A stretch of 64,000 bases of DNA from Cyanophora paradoxa CCMP329 (lineage: Eukaryota; Plantae; Glaucophyta): contig QPMI01000513.1 of the NCBI GenBank assembly GCA_004431415.1, positions 130,889 to 194,888 on the forward strand, in the 5' to 3' direction. The position numbers and the translations under genes were made by a program. The notes below the pieces were generated by a model, which was not told where the DNA came from, did no database searches, and was given only the letters and a program-made list of their open reading frames with translations. Positions 1 through 11,400 of the stretch are shown one piece after another (the first letter of the stretch is position 1; every line of letters begins with the position of its first letter).

Positions 1-1020
1 AGTCCGCCCCGCATCACCCCCGCCTGCTCCGGCCGGATCCGTGTCCCCCAGACTCACGCTCCTCGGCGGCGGGGCAGGTACCTCGGGGCGCGGGAGCCGG
101 AGCGGGCGCAGCTGGACACCTTCTCGAAGATGAAGTACTTCTCGGTGCGCCCGCCCGCCCGCACACCCCGCCAGGCCCCGCGGCGCCGCCCGCGGCGGTC
201 TAGTCGAGTCCTCCCCGCCAGCGCAACTCCCTCTTCGCGCGCATCCGATCCACGAGGCCTGACGGGCGCCGCCGCGCCCGCGCAGGTCATCCGCAAGTGC
301 GGCGGCTGGGGCCGGTGGGCGCCGCTCCCTCCCCCCTTCCCCCAACCCTCTCCTTCCCCCCCCCCCCCCCCCCTCGCCTCCCTCTCCCCTCCTCCCAGCC
401 GCCTCGGCGCCCGCCTCCTCTCCCTCCCCTAAAACGTTTCTTCTTCCCCTGAACGCCCCGCCCCGCCCCGGGCCGGGCCGGGCAGGCTGCAGGAGGTCCT
501 CCGCGCCCTCCGCGCCGTCGGCGACCGCCACGGTGCGCGCACCCCGGGCCCCCGGCCGCCTCGTGCGGCCGACCCGCGTGCCCCGCAGGCCAGAGCGTCT
601 CGAACGTCGCCTGCCGGTGCGCCTCCGCCGCCCTTCTCCCATTTCACGCTGCCTTCTGCTGACCGTCCCGTCGTTCCCAGATACGCCCTGCAGCAGCCAG
701 GGGTGCGCCCTCGCACACCGGGCCTCTCGCCGCCGCAGCGGACGAGCGGCTAGGTCTTACCCACGTACCCCGTACGCCACTCCCTCCCCCGCCGGCAGGT
801 CGCCGGCATTATCCTCGGGGCGCGCAACGCGAGCCACGTGCGCGCTCTGGTCTCCTGACGTCTTCAGTCCGTTTGAATTTAATGGAGGGCCGGCCAGGTG
901 GAGGAGCACCGCGCGCTCTTCGGCTTCGACCTCTCCCCGGGCGACCTGGAGGAGATCGAGGCGGCCGCGCCCCCGACCCTCCCCGGCGACTTCTACGACT
1001 GGGAGCGCGGCCGCGCGTGA
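1..1020 (+). CDS. Aldo-keto reductase family protein, 3' part, multi-exon host gene
   Basis: Spliced exons read ERAQLDTFSKMKYFS / VIRKCGGW / LQEVLRALRAVGDRHG / SVSNVAC / YALQQPG / VAGIILGARNASH / VEEHRALFGFDLSPGDLEEIEAA..PGDFYDWERGRA* (TGA 1018-1020), typical of an AKR C-terminal half. Exon boundaries are approximate. Confidence 0.75.
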
Positions 1021-1233
1021 CCTCGTCGGCCGGCTGCCGCAGTTCAAGAACGGACGATTCAGACTCGGCTGGCGCGAGCTTGCAATTGTGCGGAGAGGGC
1101 TGGCAGGCCGGCGGCCAAAGGTCTCCAGGCCGCGGCGCTAGCAGCGCAATTCACTGTGCATGTACATGTATTGCTCGAGGGGCGCGAGTTTAATGGAGGC
1201 GTCGGGGTGCGGTTGGAAGGGCCGGCGGGGGCC

Positions 1234-4200
1234 CTAGGCGGCGATGCGGAGGCCCTCCGGGGTGGAGGCCGACTTGGTGAGGGAGCCCTGCGGGGCCGGC
1301 TCTAGGGCGCGCCGGCCCTCCCCCACGCCGGCCCCCAGCTTGCTGCCCGGCCAGAGCGGCGCCGTGGGGACGCCCTCGCGGTTCCAGCGGTACTGCGAGA
1401 GCGCCTGCGGGGGCGGAGCTGAGCTCGAGGAAGCGAAGAGAAGCGAGAAGGCGAGAGCTCGAGGGGAAAGAAGGGGCGGGCCTGGAGGCGGCCGGAGGAG
1501 GCGTCGGCCTGCGGGGAGGCGGGTCAGAGGGCGAGCCATCGGAAGCAACAGCAGAGGGCCGGGGAGGGGCCCGGGCGGACGAGCATGGTGACGGTGCGGA
1601 CGACCTCGCGCACGGAGGGCACGAAGAAGTGCGCCCCGCTCACCTGCCCCGCCAGCCCCGCCCCCGTCAGCACCTCGGATCAGCAGCTCGGGTGGGCGAC
1701 GAGGCGGGGCGGGGCGGGGCGGGGCGGGGCGCGCGCCTTCTGCTTGACGACGACGGTGAAGACGCCGGCGCCGGCGCACGGGTGCGACGCGGGCTCCGGA
1801 GGCACCTTGTTCTCCTCCGCGTCGCTGTTCCCCGCGCCCTCGGCCGCACCCTCTGGGATCGTCGCGGGGATGATGCCCATCGTCTTTGCGGCGCGCCCCG
1901 GCCCGCCCGCCGGGGCCGTCGATGCGGCCGGCTCCTCGCCAGCGGGGGCGGCGGGGGCCGGGGCGGGGGCCGGGGCGGGGTGGGCGTGGGCCTCGAGGGG
2001 CCGCCCCGCCAGCGCCGCAAACATGTCCTCGTCTGCAGCGGGGCGGGGCAGCTCAGCCAGAGCGAGGCAGACCCCACTAGAAGGAAGCTAGCTTCCACAG
2101 CGCTTCTGGGGCGCGAGAGCTCCCAGAAAAGGGCGACTCGAAGCTTATGACTGAAGCTCCTAGAACGAGGGGCGGGGGCGGGGGCGGGGGCGTACCGGTG
2201 CGGTCGTCGCCGATGGCGAGGACGAAGTCGACGGGGGGCTCCTCCCCCGCCGCCCCCCGCCGCCCCTCCACCTGCCCCCCCCCCGCCCGAGTCAGACGAG
2301 CCGACTTGCAATCGAAGGCGCGCGCGGGAGAGGCCGGCACGCCTGCAGGATGCGCAGCAGCATGTTGCCTGCCCCCCCGCGCATGCGTGCGAGACCCCGT
2401 CAGCGACCCAGGCGACGCGCGGGGGCGCCGGCTTGGACGCGCGGGGGCGCCGGCTTGGCCGCGCGGCGCGCCCTTGTTGATGCCCATGAGGCTACGCGGG
2501 GCGGCGGTCAGCGCCCCGCACGCAGCGGCCGCGGGAGAGGGAGAGCGGCGCGGGCGGACCGGACTTCGACGGTCATGTTCCCGAGGAGGACCTGCCGCCC
2601 CGCACCGCCCCGCAGCCGTCAGCCCCGGGGGAAGGGCGGAGGCGGGGGCCTAGGCCTGCTAGCGCCGGGGGCGCGCCTCGACGGGCATGTTGCGGAGGGC
2701 GTTCACGAGCTGCAGCTGCGGGCCGCCTCAGCCGGCGGGGCGCGCGGGCTCGGGGCGGGGCGCACGTGGAGCTCCTTGGCCTGCCAGTCGCCGTACTGCG
2801 CCTCGGCGTCGCGGTAGTGCCAGGTGATCCCCCCCTCCTTCACCTGTATGCCCGCCCCCGCTGAGCGGCCCCGCGCGGGGCCGGGGCGCTTAAGCGTAAG
2901 CTTAAGCTTGCAGGGCGGGCCTCGATGAAGGAGCCCGGGGTGCGCTCGGTGCGGTACTCGAAGATGGGGAGCACGGCGTCGCGCCACGTCGGCGACGCCG
3001 CCCCCGCCGCCGGCAGCAGCTGCCAGTCGTCCTGCCCGCCCAGCCCCGAGCGGCGTCACGCGGAGGGCGCGGTTTAGAGCGGCGGGGCCCGGCCCGGGCC
3101 GCGGGGCCGCACCGTGAGGAGCATCTCGCGGCTGACCTGCCCGCCCACTCCGCCCCCGAGGCCCCCCGGCACCTGCCCGCGCCGCCTCTCATCGGAGGGA
3201 GGGCGGGATGCGGAGGGCGGGGCGGGGCGGCGGGGCGGGCCTGGCCGCGGCGGGGCCAGCGGTAGAGGAGGCCGTGCTCGGCGGCGAGGCCGACCCCTGC
3301 GCCCGCGCCCCCCGCTTCGCTGTCGAAGGAGGCGGGCAGGCGCTCGCCCGCGCACCCGGGATGTCCCCGAAGCAGTCGGTCTGCGGCCGCCGCGCGTCGG
3401 CGCCGGTGGGGGGCGGGGCGGCGGAGCGGCGGGGCCGGGGGCGGGGGCGGGCGGACGAGGAACTTGCGGTTGCGGCCGGAGACGACGAAGAGGACGTTTC
3501 GCGGGTCCGCCCCGAGCCGCGCCAGCGTCGAGAGCACCTGGCGGGGGCGCTGAGGAGGGGCGGCGCGCCGGCGCCCCGAGTGCGATAGAGGTTGCCTCGG
3601 ATGGTTCTCGTGGGTGGTTCTAGAGCATGCAAACAGAGCACGGGCGGGGGCCGGGGCGGGGGCGGCACCTGGGGCGAGGGGAGTGCGAGCTCGGGCTGCG
3701 AGCGGTGGGGCACGAGGGTGCCTGCAACCCCCCCCGGCTCAGGGGCGCCCCGGCCACCGTCGGGCGGGGCGGGACCGTCGTAGTCGAGGCAGATGATGCG
3801 CTTGCGGGCGGCGCGGTAGCACTCGAGCAGCCGCGCCGGCTCCAGCAGCGTCGGCAGCCCGCCACTCTCCTGCCCCCGGCCCGCCGCCTCGCGCCCCGGA
3901 GGGCGGGGCGGGGCGGGGGCGGGGGGCGGACTTGGCGGGCGCGGGCGGCGTCGCAGACGGTCTGGCGAGCGGGGGCGGGTGAGAGGCGGGGGGAGGGGCG
4001 GCGGGACCGGGGGACCTGGAGCTCCTTGAGGAAGGACTCGCCCCAGTAGGACGACGAGCTGCCCGCAGGCGGGGGTGAGCGCCGGGGGAGGGAGGAGGGG
4101 CAGGGGGCGGGCGAGGGGGCCCACTGCGCGATGACATAGCTGCGCGGCGCGGCGATCGGGAGTCAGACTCGCCAAGTCGGCGGCCCGGACACCGGCGCCG

Positions 4201-7200
4201 GCGCAGGGGCGTGGACCGGACCTCGACGCACCGGTACATCTGAAGCCATCGGAGGAAGGGCGGGCGGCGCGGCGCAGCGCGGCGAGGGGCCCGGTCAGCT
4301 CGAGGCCGGGCGAGGGCAGCCGAGGCGGGCTGCAGGAGGCGCGCAGGGCGGGGCGGGGCGGGCCTTCTCGTGGCGGTAGGCGCGGGTCTCGCGGCTCATC
4401 GCGAGCGCCGCGTGCATCGTGTCCGCCGTCGCCCGCACGTTCCACGCTGCCGCCGGCGGGTTCGGATTGGGAGGCCAGGCGCGCTCTCCAGGGCGGGGCC
4501 GGCACGGTTGATGCGCATGGCGGTGCCGAGGAGCTGCGCCGTCCCCGCGAACTCCGAGATGATCAGCTGGCCCCGGTTCTGCCCCCCCGCCCGCCCCCCC
4601 GCCCGCCACGTCAGCGCCTCGTCCTGGCGTCTTGGCCGGGGGGCGGCGCGCCTCGACCTGGCAGACGATGTACTCCTGGCTCACGAGGTTCATCCCTGCC
4701 GCCGCCCCTCGGAAATGAGCGTGGAGGCGCGGGGCGGGGCGGGGCGGGGCGGGGCGGAGCGGGGCGGACCGTCGCGCAGGGACGTGATGACGGCCGCGTC
4801 GGCGATGCTGCGAGATGCGCGCGGAATCGAGGGAGTCCAGGGCCGCGGGGGTGGAGCGGGGTGGGCGGACGCGTAGAGGGCCGTCTGCACGTAGACACGT
4901 GAGCTCTACGGGGTCATCGGGGGGTACTGGGGAGGGGGGGGTACCAGCTCTTGGAAGTTCACGGACTGGTTGATGTAGCGGATCGGGCTGCCCGCCGTGG
5001 ATTAGACCAGCGGTCTGCAGGCGCGCGCGTGCCAAGCGGACGGGAGGCGACCTGTGGTCGAGGGTGCCGTACGTCGAGTTGACGCGCCCGACGAGCTCGT
5101 TCACCTGCCGGGCCCCCTCACGCCCCCACGGGGCCCGGGCGCAGCGAGCGCGCGGGCCTCGGAGCAGAGGTTCTTGTACTCCTCCACGTCCGTCCGCGAG
5201 GGGATCGCCACCTGCGCCCCCGCCGCCTCGCCGTCGCGGGAGGGCGGGGCGCGGGTGCTGGGCGCGCGGGGCGGGTCCGGGCCTGGACGAGGACGGCGGT
5301 GCAGCGGTGCTGCGGGTACCGCGCCAGCAGGCTCTCGAAGGCCTGCACCCCGCCCCGCGAGCCGCTAAGCCGGCGGCGGGGCGGCGGCGGGCCGGAGGCG
5401 GCGGACGAGGAGCTTGTGGGGGAGGCCCTTGATGTAGTCGAGGCGGTCGACGCCGAGGAAGACCCGCTTCCCCTCGAACTGCGCCGGGGCGCCCGGTTCG
5501 CGCTCCACGCGGGGGCGGGGGCGGGGGCGGGGCGCCTGCTGGCGGAGCTCGGCGATGCGCTTGCGGACGGGGTCCGACTGCAGCGCCGCCAGGAAGCCCC
5601 CGGGGTCGATCCCGATCTGCCGCCCCCGCCGAGTGAGGTGGACGGTGCAGGGGCACGCGCGGGCGCGCAGGGGAGGCCGGGCGCACCGGGTAGATGCCGA
5701 CGGCGACGCGGCGGCCGGCGTAGTCGACGCCCTGCGGCAGGCGGCGGTCGCGTGGGCGGCGCAGCGGGCGGGGGGCTCGGGGGGCGCGCGCGCACGCCGG
5801 GGTTCGTTGCCAGGCCCAGAATGCGCGTGCAGTTCGTCAGAAAGTGCTGCCCGCAACTCAGAGCCCGTTCGGTTCACTCGGCGAGTTCAGAGAGTGCACC
5901 CGCGCGTAGTCGTACGCTGCCGGCCGAGCGACGGAGGTGCGTGAGGGGCGGGCGGGCGGGCGGGCGGGCGGGCGGGCGGGCTGGTTTGCGAGGGCGCCCG
6001 GGTGCGGGCGGGACGCACTGTGGAAGCCGACGAGGTCCGAGGCGAGCACCTGCCGGTTACGATCAGAGGCGCAACAAAGGGGCCCGCGGGGGCGGTGGCG
6101 GGGGCCGGCGGGCGGGCGTGCCCCCTCGAGGATCTGGGTGCGGAACGGCAGGACGCGGTACATCTGCGCGCCGGCCGGCGGGCCCGGGCGATCATGATCA
6201 GCTTCGCGCCAGGGTGGCGGTGGGCGAGCGAATGCAAGCGCAGTGGGCGCCTCGGAGGAGGGGAACGGGGTGTGGAGGAAGAAGCTGCGCATGCGGGGGC
6301 TTCAGCGGGGCGGAGGGCGCCGGGGCGGGGCGGAAGGGGAGCGCGCCCGATGGACATGGAGGGCCGCTTCTCGCGGAGGATCGCCGGCAGCAGCATCAAA
6401 TGGTAGTCGTGCACCCACACCAAGTCCCCCTGCCCCGTCCGGCCGGGCCGCCGCGTCAGGCGCCCCAGGGCGGAGAGAAGCAGCAAGCGGCCCGGCGCGG
6501 CAAGCCCAGCCAGAGCCCGAAGAAGGGAGGGAGGGGGGGAGAGGGGGAGGGGGGGAGGGGGGAAGGGGGGGAGAGGGGGGAGGGGGGGAGGGGGAGGGGG
6601 GGGAGGGGGAGGGGGGGAGGGGGAGGGGGGGAGGGGGGAGGGGGAAGGGAAGGGGGTTTAAGAGGTTAAAGAAGGGGGAAGGGGGAGGGGTGGTTAAGAG
6701 AGGAGCTCGAGGGGGGTTAAAGAGGGGGGGAGGGGGGAGAGACGGGGGGGGGAGGGGGGGGGAGGCACCTCGCGGTAGATCTCGAGCACCGCATCAGCGA
6801 ACCGCTGCGGCCGGCCTCAAAAGATTCCCGGGGCGGAGGCTACAAATCGGGGTGGCTGGGGGGCGGGGCGGGCCTCGTTGGCGGCGATGTAGGCCTCCCA
6901 CATGCGCGAGTTGAGGCGGCGCTCCTCCTCCGCGTCCGATCTGCCGGCCCCTCGGCTCGCCCGGTCCGGTCCGGCGCGGGGCGGCGAGGCGCGCGGGGCG
7001 CGGGGCGCGCTTGCTGAAGGTGTGGAGGGCCACGTAGTGGAAGAGCTGCCCCTCCGCGCGCGCGCTCAGCGGGGCGGCGGGGCGCGCGGGGAGCGGGCAG
7101 GGGCGGGCGCACGGGCCAGAGGACCTGGTTGCAGAAGCCGTTGTAGAACGAGTCGGCCATGTCCTCCGGCAGGAACACCTGCCCGCCGGCCTTAGCAGCT

Positions 7201-8138
7201 GCTGCCGAAGGCTCAGGGCCGCGCCGCCCTCGCGCACCGGCCAGTTGTTCAGCTCGGAGTAGAGCCGCGTCTTCAGAGTCTGCTGCTCGCCTTCCGGCAC
7301 CTTCGCGCGCGCCCCGCGGCGCAAGTTGAGGCACGCCCCGGCGTCGCGACGACGGGCGCCGGCGCGGCTCCAGCGCCAATTCGTACCTCGATGCCGGGCC
7401 AGCCGACCTGGCGGCCCAGGCAGTCAGACGCGATTCGGAGATCAAAAGCGATCTCGGTGCGCGCATACGTATACGCACCCAGGTGAAGTTGCGGCTCTTG
7501 AGGCCAGCCAAGCCCGACACGAGCTGCCGCACGCGTTCGGGATCGGACGAGGAGCGGGGCAAGGGGAGCCGGCGGAGAAGAGAGCGCGCACGCCGCCCGA
7601 CGAGGCGCGGAAGTGGTAGTCCCCACCCTTCTTCGTGATTGTGACGGGCGAGCGGTTGCTGATGACGATCAGGTGGCCCGACTCCAGCTTCTTGTCGAGC
7701 GACGCGCGGCGCTCCTCCGCCGTGGTCCCCGTGTGGATTTCCGCGAGCTGCGCAATCGCTCGCTCGCTCCAGCTCCACGGGGGCAAAGCGCAGAACGAGA
7801 TCATCGCACCCGTGCTTGCACTTCCCGGATGCGAGCGAGGAGCTCGAGCTCTGCCCCGCTCCGCTGCTCATGCCCCTCCGAAACTTGCACGGACGAGCGC
7901 GGGGTCACGTTCCTGGCGTCACAGTCAAGCGAAACCGCTTGCAGAGCGCCAACGAAACGCCATAGGCGCGGGCGGCTGGCGCAGTCGAGCTCGGGGAGCG
8001 CGCGCGGGAGAACGGCAGCACAGTCGCATACACATCGGCGCGCGCACCCGGAAGTCTCCTGCAGAAGAACCTCGTGGCCTGCATATGCGTTATGAGAAGC
8101 GAGGGCCGCGCTCCGCAGCGCGCGCCGCACCGAACATG
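1234..8138 (-). CDS. TPS: Bifunctional trehalose-6-phosphate synthase/phosphatase (GT20 + HAD TPP), many short introns
   Basis: Exon peptides LIVISNRSP, VGWPG, FYNGFCNQVLWP/LFHY, VWVHDYHLMLLP, FFLHTPFPSSE, GVDRLDYIKGLPHK, SLRDG/MNLVSQEY, SEFAG, CLDYDG/TLVP, VVSGR, LAAEHG, TWHYR, AIGDDRT/DEDMF. Start and end are uncertain. Confidence 0.93.
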
Positions 8139-8454
8139 GTTGTCCTTTCGGCACTGGAGCTGCGCCACTCAATTCGCACGCTCAATGCGACTTCTAATCG
8201 AACGCAGCGCAAGCGGGGCGCTCTGGAGCGCTGATCGATCAAGATGAGGTCGCTTGCTGCGGTTCTAGAAGTTGAATACCCCCCGCCGCAGCTCAGCACT
8301 GATACCCCCCCGACGCGCGACTCAGCGGCGACTGAGGCGACTCCGCGAGAAAGAAGCGTCGGCTGCAGCGAAAAGTTTCACGCGTGAAGCGAGGAAGGCC
8401 GAGAGAACGAGCGAACGTACGCACGCGTTCTGATCAATTCTGCTAGCTCCGCTG

Positions 8455-11400
8455 ATGGAGTGCAGGACGCGCGCCGCGACCCTGCCTATCCTGAACGCGC
8501 GAGGCCTAGGTCCTCTGTATTCGCCCGCTCTGAGCGCCCGCCTGTCATCGATGCAAGCCCGCCTAAGCGCCGTATACGTAGCGCCGTATTGAGCGCTTGT
8601 TTACGGTCTTCCCCGTGATCATAGCCCATTCTTCACGCTCGATGTCAACACTTCCTTCGCCCGAGGGCGCTTGGGTCGTGCTGCGCGATGCCCTGCCCCT
8701 GTCCCTGGCTGGCTGGCTCGAGGTCGCCGTCGAGCTAGCTCGTCTAGTCTTCGACCTGCACGAGCAGTCCCCGAGCCTCCTCCTCGACGGCCTCCGCGTG
8801 CGCGCCGTTGTCGAACCCCGCCGCCTATAGCTGGCGCTCGGCGCGCGTTCTCGTACGCGTGCCACCGCAGCTGCAGGCTGATCGCTTCCTCCGCCGCGCA
8901 GCCCGGGAACATCCGCGTCAGGTTCTCGTCGCCTGACGGAGCGGGTGCGCGTACAAACATCGCGCGAATCTTAACTTGTCGCCGATCCGCATCCGACTGG
9001 CCTCGCGCGCGCGCTGTGCAGGCGTCGATCTGCGGCTGGGGGCGCCAGGAGCGGATCTCGACCCGGACGCGGCGCGAGGCGAGGCCTTCGCGCACGGTTA
9101 TACTGCGCCCGAGCTCTCGGGCCGCGCCGGCGCGAGCGACGGCCCCGACGAGCGCACGGTAGGCCTCTGTTTCGAATTCGATTCCGCCGCGGGCCGGCCC
9201 GCGCGCTGACGCCGGCCCCGCGCCCGCCCAGGACTTGTACTTTGCGGGACTGGCGCTCTACGAGGCCCTCGCAGGCCGGCCGCCCTTCTCGGGGTACACC
9301 GCCCAGGAGGCCGTCCACGCCCACCTCGCCAAGCGGTCCGCACACGCCCCCCCTTCGACTCCTGTTCGGTCTCGAAACAACTTCCCTCCTCAACCCCGTC
9401 CAGGCCGCCTCCTGCCTCGCGCCTCCGCCCCGCCTCGGCCGATCGCGTACCCCGCGTCGTCGACTCGATCCTCGACGTGCGATTTCATACCCCTCCCCGC
9501 CCGGGTACGGCCGTCGCGACTTTCGCCGCAGCGGCTGCTGGCCAAGGCGCCTGCGGAGCGCTACCAGAGCGCCTACGGGCTGCTGCAGGACCTCCTGATG
9601 TGCGTGTACCCCCTCAATCCCCCCCCCCTCCCGAGCCGGCGGCCAGGTGCCTCCGGGAGTATGGGGAGAGGGGGGACGTCGCCCCCTTCCCCTTGGGCGC
9701 CCACGACCACAGGCGCGCCGCGCCGCTTCCCCCGGCCCTCTCGCTCGGGCCCTGCTCGAGCCGGGGGCCGGCAGCGCGAGCCTGGCGCGCGGGGATCGCC
9801 TCTACGGGCGCTCGGCCGAGCTGGAGACCGGCCTCGCCGCCTGCAAGCGCGTCCAGGCGCCCGCCCCGCCCCGCACCCTCGCCCGCCAGCGCCCTCGCGC
9901 GACGGCCCGCGGCAGGAGACGGGCCGCCCCGCGCTGCTGGTGGTGCGGGGGCCGCCCGGGGCCGGGAAGACCTACCTGTGCGCCGAGCTGGGCCGCCGCG
10001 CCGCCGCCGCCGGCCTCGCCTCCCGCGTCCTCGCGGGGAAGGCCGACCAGTACAACCGGTGCGCCTCCCCCTCCGCCTCTTCTTCTTCTGCGGAGGCGAG
10101 CGGGGCGAGGGGGGCGGGCAGGGCGCCCTTCTCGACGTGGCTGCGGGCGGTGGAGGCGCTCGTGGGGCAGGCCCTCGCCCTCCCCGGCCCCGCCGCCCGC
10201 GACTGGCGCGCCGCCTTCGCCGCCGCCCTCGGGGCACGCCCCGCCCCGCCCCGCCCCGCGCTTTTCCCCGGCCGACCGGGGGCAGGAGGACGCGCGGGTG
10301 CTCGTGGACGTCGCGCCGGCCGCGCGGCTGCTCCTCGGCAGCGTGCGCCCCGCCCCGGCGCCCCGCGCGCCCTAGGCCTCCCTCCCAGCCGGTCGCGCAC
10401 AGGAGCTGCCGCCGCTGCCGGAGCTGCCGGTGGCGGAGGCGCAGGAGCGCTTCCGGGCGGCCTTCTGCGCCCTCCTGCGCGCCGCCGCCGCCGGCCCCGC
10501 CTCCCCCGCCTCCCGCAAGCGCGGGCCCGACGGGCGCGCCGCCCCTCCCCCGCGTCCTTCCCTCCCGCGTCCTCACGGGGCGCGCGCAGGCTGGCCCGGG
10601 AGGGCGTGCCCCCGGGCTGTCCCGCCCTCATCGTGGTCCTCGACGACTGCCAGGCCCGCCCCGCCCCGCCCCGCCCCGCCCCGCTCTGGTCTCGGCCCTG
10701 ACCGCCGGGCGGGGCGGGCAGTGGGCGGACGGGGAGAGCCTGGCGCTGGCGGAGCACCTGCTCGGGAGCGCGGCGCTCCCGCTGCTCCTCTGCGTCACCC
10801 TGCGCGACGGAGAGGCCGTCGACGCCATCGCCGCCCTCGAGTTCGTCGAGCGCGCGAGCGGCCTCCACCCGTGCGCCGAGCTGCGCGCCGCGCCCCTCTC
10901 CCCCGGCGAGTGTGCAGCCCTCGTCCGCGACGCCGTGCGCCCCGCCCGCTCCGCTCCGCTCCTCCGGCTCCCCTCGTGAGGCCGGCGCGCAGCTCGGGTC
11001 CGGCGTCCCGCGGGGGGAGGGCGGCGATGCGCGCGTGGCGGCGCTGGGGGCGGCGGTGCACCGGAAGACGGGGGGCAACCCGCTGCACGCGACCGCCTTC
11101 CTGCGCGCCCTCCACGAGCGGCGCGCCCTCCGCTTCGACCACCGCGCCGCCCGCTGGCACTGGAGCCAGGCCGAGGTCGAGGCCGAGCGGGCGCGCCCGG
11201 CCCCTCGTTCCCCGGACTCCTCCGAGCGGCGCCCTTGATCGACCGCGCGCGCAGGAGGGCGGCACGGTGGTGGAGATGATGCAGCGCCTCCTGCGGGCTC
11301 TGCCCCAGGCGACCTCGCGCTCGCTGCTGCCGGCGCCCCTCGCCCGCTGCCCGTTCACTTGCATTCGTTCGTCGGTCAGGAGACGCAGCGGGTGCTGCAG

